DNA of 63,025 nucleotides, the filler included, from Olpidium bornovanus S191 (taxonomy: Eukaryota; Fungi; Olpidiomycota): assembly GCA_017911155.1 (NCBI GenBank). It is 27 parts of 27 records of this genome, joined end to end, with 100 filler letters (N's around TTAATTAATTAA, not from the genome) between each part and the next. Parts side by side here need not be neighbours in the genome. Positions count along the whole stretch, not along the records: positions 1 to 1,434 come from JAEFCI010006507.1; positions 1,535 to 4,240 come from JAEFCI010010500.1; positions 4,341 to 5,719 come from JAEFCI010008700.1; positions 5,820 to 7,827 come from JAEFCI010004193.1; positions 7,928 to 11,621 come from JAEFCI010006198.1; 22 more parts are not named here. One strand, 5' to 3'. Positions 1 to 10,253 of this stretch are shown here, one piece after another. The first letter of the stretch is position 1. Each line of letters begins with the position of its first letter. The position numbers and the translations under genes are program-made. The notes under the pieces are model-generated. The model saw nothing but the letters and a program-made list of their open reading frames with translations, did not search any database and was not told the DNA's origin.

Positions 1-1
1 T

Positions 2-1434
2 GTCCTCTCTCCGGCAGCCTGCCAGTGCCGGCTCGGGAGGGAAATAGGGTTCACTGACGAAGCCCTCAAGTCCTTCCAGAAACGGAAAGAAGTTTTTACC
101 TTCGCGCCGTACCTACACATGGCGACGCACTTGGACGGCGGCAGTCCGAGCAGTTCGGCCGATTCCGCCAGCCTCCCGTCCGAAGCCGACTCCGTCTGTT
201 CCAACGAGTGTTACTCCAGCAGCGCGTCGCAGGCCGCCCGTGCCGGCTTCCGCTCCTCGGCACGCCGGGACGACTACCACTTTGAGGTCCCGAGCATGTT
301 GTCGTCCCTGTACGAGGAGACCAACACCGGGACCTACCAGTTGCTGACCGACGGGAACGTGGAGCTTGTTCTCGGCTTCTGCGAAGACGTCTGGGACGGA
401 GTTGGCCTGAGAGAGCTAGACATCAATGTACGTTTCTGGCTGGGTGATGGTGTTACGCAGTGACCGACTCCATCCGGGTGAAATTTGATTCTATCGCTTT
501 CAAGTGCCGGTCTCTCATTCACGCTTTTCTGACGCGCAAAAAAAAATGCGTCGTCTTCTGAAGACGTACAAGCGCATATTCGATTTCTACCAAAACGCGG
601 TCACGAACGACATGCAGTGCGTGGCGTACGCGTACCGACCGATCAACATCCAAAACGGTGAGCCCATTCCGTTTTTCAAGCAGGACCGCTCGTCGCCGTT
701 CAGCTCTGTGTACGGTTCGAACAGCAACCTAGACGGCTCCGGCGCGCACAGCAGCGGGAACGGCCGGGACCCGGGAGTGAGCGGGTCCCACCACCGCCCT
801 GGCGAAGCGTCGAAGTCGCTGCTCGGCGTCGGAAACGCCCGGTCTGGCGAGGACGGTTTCGCGTATATTGAGCTTCCGCCCGGTGCCAGGCGGTGGTGGG
901 GCCCGGGAATCGGGATCGGCGACGGGGCGGAAAACAGGAAAAACGTGTACTGGCGCTCCGAGTCCAGAGGCAACGTAATGTCCGGCGAGGAAGTCGCCGA
1001 AACGCGCCGCGGCGGCGGCGGCGGCGCGGCGGCGGCGGGGCCGGCCCACCCCGGACATCGTGCGCGCCTCCACCAAACCACCGAGCCGGCGAAGGCTGAC
1101 GCTTTTGACGCCGCCGGCCGGTCGAGTCCCGCGAGCTTGAAGAGCGCGACGAGCGAAGAGGTTCCAATTAGCGCTTCTGCGCACGGGCGGAAAGATGAGA
1201 ACGATCCGCATGCAGCCGGCGGCGCCGCGGCTTCGGACGCTGGCTCTTTTTACGAGTACGACCGGGAGCGGGTGACGAACGACGAATTTAGCTTCGACGG
1301 CCTCGAGCTCACCCAGGAGGTGGAAGCGGGCTTCTACCGGGACGTCCTGGAAGGCGAGATATTTTTGGGAATGACAGCGCTCTGTTACCAGCCGAAAGTC
1401 GTACGTCAGATGATAATAAACTGCTCCCCCCACA
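2..1434 (+). CDS. TMEM94: TMEM94/ERMA-like P-type-ATPase-related membrane protein, internal fragment (exons about <2-427 and 564-1400)
   Basis: Spliced frame reads CQCRLGREIGF...QLLTDGNVELVLGFCEDVWDGVGLRELDIN|TYKRIFDFYQNAVTNDMQCVAYAYRPI...GEIFLGMTALCYQPK. This parallels TMEM94 motifs as I recall them (LARLIGF; GTADVVLEACTDFWDG..RKKVLDFYQRA..CSAFAYKP; QIFMGMVSSQYQ). Intron 428-563 is GTACGT...CTGAC...GAAG and preserves frame. Confidence 0.75.
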
Positions 1435-1894
1435 NNNNNNNNNNNNNNNNNNNNNNNNNNNNNNNNNNNNNNNNNNNNTTAATTAATTAANNNNNNNNNN
1501 NNNNNNNNNNNNNNNNNNNNNNNNNNNNNNNNNNCCCGCCGTCCGCGCTTTTCTCTCGGCTAAAAAACAAAAAAAAAAAAATAAAAATAAAAAAAAATAA
1601 TCTGTGCCGCGTGCGCGCTCGAAAGGACGCCGGGCTGGAAAACAAGAACTGAACGAAAAATAAACAAGAAACAATCAAAAATAAGCAAATAAAGGAATTA
1701 AACAAAATTTAATAAAAATAAAAAACAAACATAAAATAACGTCTTATCCAATCACATAGCCCACCAACGCACTCACGAACGACCATCTCGTTCCTCTCGG
1801 CAAATTGCCCGCCCACTTCGGCAATTGGCGCGCTCTTCTCGGCAAACCGCCGGCCCGCCTTAGCAATTTCCCGCCTTCCCCTCTCGGCGGGATC

Positions 1895-2110
1895 GGGTTC
1901 CTTCTTCCACAACGGTCAACTCGAACTGGGCTGCCGCCCCGGCGTCAGCGAGCCGGAATGATTTGACGGCAACGTCGAATCAGTAAAATTAGTCCGCCAC
2001 ATTCTGCCGTTCGAAGCGGCCCTCGGTCGCCACAAACTGTTGGACGACAACGCGGATCTCGGCCGTGTGCTGAAATCCCGTCTCCGCCATCGGTGATGCG
2101 CGGTGTGGTT
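1895..2110 (-). mobile_element. Possible decayed retrotransposon gag-like relic
   Basis: Minus frame reads GRFERQNVAD*FY*FDVAVKSFRLADAGAAAQFELTVVEE. It resembles the F-x-G...V-x-DFL...D-x-AV start of the gag-like segment at 8230-8911. In-frame stops. Confidence 0.3.
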
Positions 2111-2328
2111 GCCGGGCGAACTGGGTCGAGACTGCAACATGGCGTCGTCCACCTTAACACGCGACCTTTCAGGCGACAGCCAGTCGCCTCACCGGGTCCT
2201 GCCCGGGAGTGCCAAATTTTGTCTTTGATCCACGGTGACGGTTATCGATTGAGGCCGACAGAAAGAGGCAGGAGCGACTGGCTGCTGGCTCGCAGAGAGC
2301 GCGGGGTGATCGGCCGGACGTGGAAAAC

Positions 2329-3102
2329 GAGGTACTCCTTGAGCTTTTTGACTCCTTAACGGCGTAGTCCGTCAAAGCAAAAACGGCCAGGTTCTTGAAT
2401 GTGTTGGCGAGGAGGTGCGGCACGGCGGCAACAGTAGGGAACCGGGTGGCCAGGGAGATGGCGGCGACAGTCATGATGCCAAACAGGGGAGTTCCACAAT
2501 GGTCATTTGTGACGTCGAGGATGGTGGTGAGGAATACGGTGCCGTCGCCATAATACTAGGAGACGACAAATCCATCGGTGAAGGGCGAAATATTGTTCAG
2601 GAGGGTGGCCTCGGAGGACCTTGGTGTCCTTTTTGATGAGGTAAACATCCTGGGTGATCTCGACAACTCCCTTTGCAATTCTCGTCGGGACCCCCCGAGC
2701 CTGGAAAAAGACGGTTTTACGAGTCTCCGTCCCTGTGCCTCCGGCGGGAATAGCAGCTTCCACAGGGGCAACCGCGTCAGCTTTCGCGGTACGGCAACAC
2801 GGTTCGCGAAATCTTTTTCGCGAATGTTCTTAAGATCGCCGTTGGTGAAAACAAACTCGACGTTGCCTTTGACGTGCGGGATAAGCTTCTTGTATTTCGG
2901 GTGGTCATTCAGAGCACGGCGAACCGTGGTGTTTATGCCCATGACCACCGTGGCTTCGCCGAGCAGCGACTGGCGGACCTGGTGCATCTGATTCGAGCCG
3001 ACATCATTGCATGACACAATGAACATTGCCTTATACTCCTCAAGGTATCTTTCCCTTCAGCTTCTGGAAGTAGGCCTCCTTCTTGTCCTTGGCGTCTCCC
3101 TT
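2329..3102 (-). pseudogene. RPP0: Processed (intronless) pseudogene of 60S acidic ribosomal protein P0
   Basis: Frame-hopping P0 sequence: (AAG in place of ATG)GDAKDKKEAYFQKLK / YLEEYKAMFIVSCNDVGSNQMHQVRQSL..VMGINTTVRRAL..LIPHVKGNVEFVFTNGDL / IPAGGTGTE..TVFFQARGVPTRIAKGVVEI / SEATLLNNISPFTDG / VPHLLANTFKNLAVFA..KEYL. At least 4 frameshifts, altered conserved residues (GKNT to GINT, NVGF to NVEF), no intron in about 774 bp, acidic C-terminal tail missing. Confidence 0.88.
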
Positions 3103-3499
3103 TAAAATCGCGGAAATGGTCGCGCCCGAGGGGCCCTACGAGAAATTTAAAGGCTAGGGGCAGCAAACGTCGATCCGCGGAAGGTTTGGAAAAGGGGTTT
3201 ACCGCGCCATTTGTGGCCGTTCCGCCAGCGTGGCATCCGCGGTTCCACCCTCTGCGACACTTGCAGAGCACATGGTTTAGATTCATCATTGGTTGCGTCC
3301 CAGGACCAACTCTTCTGCAATATTGCGGCCGCAAATGAAAAACAGTACGAACGGCGGCCACAATTCTCTGACGTCCAAATGACCGCCAAAAAGCATGCAC
3401 CTGCACAATGTATGCCCCGACGCTCGAGGCGGTACGGAAGTCCGAGTCGCATGAAACAAGTATCTCTTTACAAAGTAGAACGGGGCTATCTTTCTAGTC

Positions 3500-4224
3500 C
3501 AATTCAAAGTGTAAACCTTGTAGCAATCTACAGGGGTGCCAAGCGCCAAGGAACAGCTTGAGTGCCTGCCCCGCCATCCTGGCTTCCTGATAGCCGGCGT
3601 CGAGCTAAACAAAAAGAAAACCCTTGCACCCAGCCAGCGTCTTTCCCCCTTTCGTCATCGACTGCGTGGCCACTATGCCGCGGGGATTGCCCATGGCGGC
3701 GCCGCTTCGGGCGGCGCTCCGGTCTTCCTTGTCGCTGTCGCGGTCGCGGTGGCTGACGCGGTGACTTTGCGGCGCGGCCGCCATGGCGGTACCGCGGGCG
3801 CTCCCGGCCATGGTCGTTGGCTCGGCCGCTACGCTGCCGCGGTCGTCATGGGCGCCTGTCGGAGGAGGAGTGCGTGCCGTTGGCCTCATAACCTGTTGTT
3901 CTCGGTTTTTCGGTCGTTAACTTTTTTTTTTTTTTTTTTTTTTTGGCGACATACTCTGTAGTGCACGCTACGGAAAAAGGCGACAGCGCACTCGGCTCGG
4001 GTCATGTTTCTCAGTTTATCCCCAAACTCAGAGGCGTCCTGCAGGACGAACCTCCTCGGCTCGCAGTCCACGTCAGCCATTGAGCCGAAGTCGTCGTTGT
4101 CGCCGGCAGGCCGCCCGGCCATGCGCAAACGACGCCCACGGGAAGATGGAGAGCCGGATCGGGCGCGTCTCGGAGTGAGGAGCGAGGAAAATGGCGCGCG
4201 CGCGCGTGGGGGGCGCGATACCAT
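3500..4224 (-). CDS. Hypothetical multi-exon protein (unrecognised)
   Basis: ORF 3886-4224 (..MADVDCEPRRFVLQDASEFGDKLRNMTRAECAVAFFRSVHYR) is followed by a GTATGT donor and an AACAG acceptor that join in frame to ORF 3605-3889. A further TTTGTTTAG acceptor near 3606 precedes LDAGYQEARMAGQALKLFLG. No family recognised. Confidence 0.4.
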
Positions 4225-4340
4225 CCTGGGGGTGGTGGACNNNNNNNNNNNNNNNNNNNNNNNNNNNNNNNNNNNNNNNNNNNNTTAATTAATTAANNNN
4301 NNNNNNNNNNNNNNNNNNNNNNNNNNNNNNNNNNNNNNNN

Positions 4341-4384
<44 letters not shown>

Positions 4385-4397
4385 CTCCCGTCACCAA

Positions 4398-5719
4398 ATG
4401 GCGCAAGAGCCCTCCGCTGTCAAGCCGCAGCCCGCGGTGCCGCCCGCCCCTCCGCCCGAGCACTGCCCCGGCACCGGCAGCGAGAGCGCCGGCGCCGGCG
4501 CCGCCTGCGCGGGGTGCCCCAACCGCCCGATATGCGCAGCCAACGCCGCCGCCAGGGCCGGGCCCGACCCGGACTTGGCCGTGGTCAGCCGGAGGCTCGA
4601 GAGGGTCCGCCACAAGCTGCTCGTGCTCTCGGGGAAGGGAGGCGTCGGGAAGAGCACCTTTTCGGCCCAGCTGGCTTTCGCGTTCGCGCGCGACGAGGAG
4701 ACCGAGGTGCGTGAAGGCCGAGGACCGGTGGACGGAGGGGCGGGGAGTTTACCGCGGGGAGTTTACCGGAGCCGGTCGGGGGAGCCAGGGAGGGCCCGCC
4801 GCTCGATCCTCAAACCCGCGCTCTGGCGACCTTTTTTTTTTTTTTTTTTTTTTTTCTCTCTTTGCAGGTCGGCGTGCTGGACATCGACATCTGCGGCCCT
4901 TCGATCCCGAAAATTATGGGCGTCGAGGGCGAGACCATACACCAGAGTACGACAGGCTGGCAGCCGGTGCGTTTCGAGACTGCTTTTGAGCGCGCCGCTC
5001 GTTCCGCGGCATCTGGCTAACCGAAACGGGCGCGATACACCGTCAGGTTTCGGTGCAGGAGAATCTTGTCGCTATGTCAATAGGGTTCATGCTCCCGGAC
5101 CCGGACGACGCGGTCATTTGGCGCGGGCCGAAGAAGAACGGTGCGTTCGCCGGCCCGAGCTTCCCCGGAGTCTCTCCGCCTTGTGGCGTTCTGTCGTCCC
5201 GGCGGCCCGCCGCTGAAGGTGGTTTTTTGTTTTTCCGCACGTCAGGTCTGATAAAGCAGTTCCTGAAGGACGTCGAGTGGGGCAGCCTCGACTATCTGAT
5301 TGTGGACACCCCGCCGGGGACGACGGACGAGCACCTCTCCGTCGTGCAGTATCTCAAGGACTCGTCCGTCGAAGGCGCGGTGCTGGTCACCTCGCCGCAG
5401 GAGGTGGCGCTGCAAGACGTGCGGAAAGAGATCGACTTCTGCAGGAAGGTCAAGTTGAAGATAATCGGAGTCGTGGAAAACATGAGCGGGGGGGAGTGCC
5501 CGAACTGCCACGTGAGGAAACTGGGCGGGGCCGACCGCCCGGCCGCTTTTCCGGGCCGGACTTTTGAAAAGAGCGCGCCGGAACCCTGAAACGAACCATT
5601 CGAACCGCCAGAAAATGTCCGACGTGTTCCCGCCGACCACCGGCGGCGCGAAGCAGATGTGCGAGGAGCTCGGCGTCCCGTTTCTGGGCTCCATACCGCT
5701 GGACCCTCGCCTGGGCATG
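4398..5719 (+). CDS. NBP35: Cytosolic Fe-S cluster assembly scaffold NBP35/NUBP1 (3' partial)
   Basis: N-terminal EHCPG..AG...CAGCPN..IC ferredoxin-like motif, deviant Walker [73 protein letters not shown]. Four GT-AG introns. Confidence 0.98.
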
Positions 5720-6721
5720 NNNNNNNNNNNNNNNNNNNNNNNNNNNNNNNNNNNNNNNNNNNNTTAATTAATTAANNNNNNNNNNNNNNNNNNNNNNNNN
5801 NNNNNNNNNNNNNNNNNNNCATGGGCATCCCCCGTCGTTCCTTGCCCAGCGCGCCACATATACCCCTGTGCCCTTATTTGCCGCTTTCCGGCCTTCACGA
5901 TCCAACTTCGGCTCCTCGCGCATTCATACAACAAGACCACTAACCGCATTTCCCGCAACTCCCATCCAAGCAATCCTGTTTCCATCCAAACATTGTGATA
6001 CCCTATTTTTCTTTTCGTCCGCTTGTGCAGGTCCCTGGCGTTTTTTTTTTCCTGCTTCTCCTTTCGGGATTCAGTTCATTCACCCACGTTTTGGTCAGTT
6101 CATCCTGGTCCCCACAGCGTTTAGCGCCTATTACACTAAAAGGAAAGCATAAAGCGTGGAAGCTGCCATTGCGGCGTATAATCGCTTGGAGGTTTTATAT
6201 TTTCCGCGGTAGGGAAGCTTTGGGGACCCCTGGAACGATCGGGGTCCGTTAAAGGCGTTCTTCTTCCCCTGGTTTGGCGGGCGCGGGTAAAAAGCAGTAT
6301 GGTCCGACCCCCCACTCCCCGGTTTTGGTGGACGTGCGCGAGAGAGCGGCGATCGTCGTTTTGTCGAAAAAAGGGCTTGTTACAGTTGACGTTACATCCC
6401 TCACCATACAAATTCTCGAAATAACTAACGCGGGTATGTGTGCAAGCGTGCCCCGAGATGCAGGCAGGCCGCGCGGACGAATTATATTTATAATTATATT
6501 TATATTATTTATATACGTATAGCAAATGAGATTCGACCATTACGAATCGAATGGGTAGGCTCGCCACTGCGGGGCCGGGATCCGTGCTCGCCAGCGAAAC
6601 AGCTGCGCACGAAGGAAAACAGGGCAGACGGGGAGAGGGGAGAAGCCCGGTGGGGCCAAAAGGCGTTTTGCCTCCGCTTTCTCGTCACGGCACCCATCCT
6701 CCGCGCAACGGTAACAAAAAA

Positions 6722-7664
6722 ATGTCGATGTTCCCCTGCTGCGGCGGGGACCCGTCTGCGGCGGTGGTCGAAAGGAGCGCGGAGGACAGAAAGGCCGACG
6801 GAAACGTGCCGCGGTGAGTGGGTTACCGTCGGGCGGAGCCGCGGTTGCACGGTGAACGCGGGCCGCCGGGGGGACGCCGGAAGTCGCCGCCGCGCATATT
6901 CCGTTAACCTAAATCTTCCCCACGCGCGCGCGCGGCCCCCGACGTTTGCCCGTCAAAACGTACGGGAGAGGGGATACCCCACCTTTTCCCCCTGCCAAAG
7001 CAGGATCATCGTCCCTTTGTACGTGTCCCCCGCGCCCGGAGCGTGGGACCCGCTGGCGGCCGCGATCGCCGAGAACCCGGAGGTGACCTTCCTCGCGGTC
7101 GTGAACCCGGACTCGGGCCCCGGCGCGGGCCCGCTGCCCGACGCGCGCTACCGCGCGGCCCTGCCCACCCTGACGCACCCCCCGCGGCGGCCGCCGCCGT
7201 CGCCGGACGCCGCCGCCGGCGCCCACGGCAACGCCGTGGTGCTCGGCTACGTGCACACCCAGTGGGGCCGGAGGCCGTCGGCGGACGTCTTGGCCGACGT
7301 CGACAGGTACGCGCGGTGGGCCGAGGAGAGCCGCCGCTCGTCGTCCGCGGAGCAGCAGCAGCAGCAGCACGGCGGCGGCGGCGGCGACAGCGGCCGGGAC
7401 CGGCGCCCGCCGCTGCGCGTCGACGGCATATTCTTCGACGAGTCCGCGGCGGACGCCGCCGCGTTCGGGTACTTCCGCAAGATCTGCGAGCACGTCCGCG
7501 GCAAGGCGAGCTTCCGGAGGGACCCTCCGCGCTCGCGCGCGTGGGTGGTCCTGAACCCCGGCACGCCTCCCCACGCCTCGTACTTCGAGATCGCCGACGT
7601 CGTCGTCACGTTCGAGAACGCCGCGCGGAAATACAGGTGTGCGCCCGCGCGCGCGCCTTTTTGA
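6722..7664 (+). CDS. Spherulin-4 / Sph3-like glycoside hydrolase (GH135 family); 3' end uncertain
   Basis: IIVPLYVSP..W..L...VTFLAVVNPDSGPG, VLGYVHT.W..R, VDGIFFDE, VVLNPGT, ADVVVTFEN. Exon 1 (6722-6813, MSMFPCCGG...VP) joins exon 2 at 7004 in frame via a GTGAGT...AAGCAG intron (6814-7003). Confidence 0.9.
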
Positions 7665-8229
7665 CGTTCCCGCGCGAGGCGGTTGTGTGCGAAGTGTTCT
7701 CTTTTTTTCCCTCAACCCCCCCCCCCCCCCCCCCCCTTTTCCCCCCCTCCCCCCCCCCCCCCCCCCTTTTTTTTTTCCGCGCCACTTCCCCTTTTTTAAA
7801 CACGGAAAAAAAGCGGCGGCCGAGGAANNNNNNNNNNNNNNNNNNNNNNNNNNNNNNNNNNNNNNNNNNNNTTAATTAATTAANNNNNNNNNNNNNNNNN
7901 NNNNNNNNNNNNNNNNNNNNNNNNNNNACCGGCGGAAGATCAAGCCGTCGGCCGATTCACGGGCCCGCTGCACTCGACTGCCGGAGTCGTTGGAGCGGCG
8001 CTTGCAATCGCTGTTTCTAGAGCCGTGCTCAGACCCTTGCGTATCATGGAGGTTCGCCGTGCCAGAAAAGACGGCCGGCTAAGGTTTTTATATAATAAGA
8101 TCTCCAACCAGCGATTCCGTGAGATCATGCGCAATGCAAATGGCGCAGAGGCGTTGTCAACGAGTACAGCGACGGCTTTGCGAGACTTGCCATACAGGGT
8201 AATGTGCACATGGTGCGCACTGCACTCAT

Positions 8230-8911
8230 CCCGACAATCTTAAGTAAAACCTCATACAGTATTCCAAAACGGTTCATCGCGAACCTTTGGCAGTTGGAGG
8301 CTGTGGGTATTGAACAAGTCACTGGTTAGGTTCGCGAAGATTTTCATGGTAGGATGCTGGTGCTCGCGTGCACGGTACTGCACCAGGGGCGCCGTGCCTA
8401 AGTCCTTCCGACTTGTCCCAACATCCTGCAGCTCCTGCTGGGTAGGCTTTCGTATGGCTTTGACAAAATGTGCTTGCCTGCCCTGTCAGCGCCGTTGGTT
8501 GCCAGGGCGGCAAAAAGCCCCGACTGCAGTGTCTATCTCGCGCAAGAAGTCGGTTACTTTAGCGACACCTCCGGCACCCGTGAATTGTGGTACCGAGGCA
8601 AAGAGGGTGCACACGATGAGCTCAGCCACGGGGTCGTTTCTGGTGTTGGTGACACTGTGGCTTTTGCCGCGTCTGTGCCTCCCGCTGCGGGAGTCCCCGT
8701 GTTCTTCGTTGGCATTTGGTGCAGGTTTTAGGGCCAGCATTTCTACGGTGTTGTTGAGTTCCCTTTCTTGCTCGGCCATGGCGGCCTTCTCTGGTTTGAG
8801 GCCAACTACTTCTTTACTGAGTGCCTCGATGTCTGAGTTGCCGTCGACGTGGCGTCGTCGCTGATGCCTCTCCTGACAGAGTTCACAGCGTGCTGCATTT
8901 CGCGCTGCCAT
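8230..8911 (-). mobile_element. Decayed LTR-retrotransposon gag-like ORF
   Basis: Coiled-coil leader, then VPQFTGAGGVAKVTDFLREIDTAVGAF, then frameshifts to HFVKAIRKPTQQELQDVG...LVQY. This is the P-x-F-x-G...DFL opening typical of fungal Ty3/gypsy gag. Intronless and frameshifted. Confidence 0.5.
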
Positions 8912-9355
8912 GGCGCACGCCGACGTGTGGCATGTCCCCGTTGTCTTCCCAGCTCGGTGGGCTCTGGGGCCGCCTCTCTGGGGTTGCCCACAAAGGGGCT
9001 TTTGTTTGCTCTTACCGCTGCAGTCTCCCCTTGTGGAAAAGGACAGAGTTCAACAGCGTGCTGCGTTTCGCGCTGTCGTGGCGCGCGACAGCGTGCGGGT
9101 ACATCCCCTTTGTTCCTCCAGCTTGGCGGGCATGGGGGCGGCCTTTCGGTACCGCCCCACGAAGGGGGTTTTGTTGGCTTTTACCGCTGATGTTCTCCTT
9201 GTGAAAAAGGAAAACGTGCTGCGCTTCTCACTGTCCTGGCGCGCTGTAGACCTCGACGCCGACGCGAATGCCGAGCCCCTCGGTCTCTTTCGCGGGGAGC
9301 CTGGCCTGAAAGTGCTTCGCGGGAGGCGAGAGCAAAGCCGCGCCCCCGGTCATGC

Positions 9356-9401
<46 letters not shown>

Positions 9402-9740
9402 CTCTCTTTCTCTCTCTCTCTCTCTCTCTGTCTCTAGCCCCTACAGCTTGTCACAGCTTTCCATGGCCGACGGATTCCATCCTCCGCAGTGCGCCGTCGT
9501 GTGGGTACGTCCCCTTTGTCTCTCCAGCTTCGCCGGCTCCGGACGCTGGCTCTCTGGGGCGCCCCATAAAAGTGATTTTTGTTGGCTCTTCTTATCGCTG
9601 CTGTCCCTTCTTGTCACAACAGTGGTCACAACGTGCGGCACTTTGCATTGTCGCGGCGTGCCGAAGTGCAGGTACATCCCTCTTTCTGTTCCTCCAGATC
9701 GGCGGGCACGGGGGACCGCCGATCGGTAACGCCCCACGAA
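8876..9740. repeat. Diverged about-167-bp repeat array (units at about 8876, 9043, partial 9211, about 9480, about 9620) interrupted by a CT microsatellite
   Basis: ACAGAGTTC(A)ACAGCGTGCTGC.TTTCGCGCTG at 8876 and 9043 (period 167). Shared ...CCC.TTTGT.C.TCCAG...GCCCC/GCCCA..AA.G..TTTTGTTGGCT blocks recur in later copies. Confidence 0.8.
9361..9434. repeat. (CT)n microsatellite
   Basis: About 35 CT units with few interruptions. Confidence 0.97.
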
Positions 9741-10253
9741 TCCTCCGCTGCCTTATTCGTTGTTCAAAACCTGTTCGTCGGACAGGGAAGAGTCGGCAGT
9801 CTCGATTCATACGAGTTTGTTTGCATTTCTGGATCAGAGAGAAGTCAGGAAGGGTGCAGAATGCAGGGAAGTGAGCTCAAAGCGTGGGAAAACGAAGGAA
9901 GTAGAGAACTTCATTCATGGTGCATAACAGGGCCCTCTCTACTCTAGGCATTGTAAATAGTATAGATAGGGACGACAGGGGCACGTGCACATCGTGAACC
10001 TCAGGCCAAAGCACAGCCTTCCCTTTTCCGTAAACACCTTTCCTTACAATGGAAGATGTACGAAGTTCTGACAATTATACAATAATTTGATGTACTACAA
10101 CATATGAGAAGACTCAGAATTCCCAGATCACCCCGTGCTGCGACAACAGGTTACTCGGCACTCGAGCCGTGCTGGAATGAAGAAAACCATCCACGGGAAT
10201 AACAACGGGCCAAGTGCACAGAACTGAAGGTCGGACAAGACGTTCACCAGGCG

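Noticed and set aside
1479-1490. TTAATTAATTAA repeated 26 times as a biological motif (PacI-like site, chromosome-breakage signal, or 'LIN' peptide)
   Set aside because: It is always centred in exactly 88 Ns and is a standard six-frame-stop concatenation linker.
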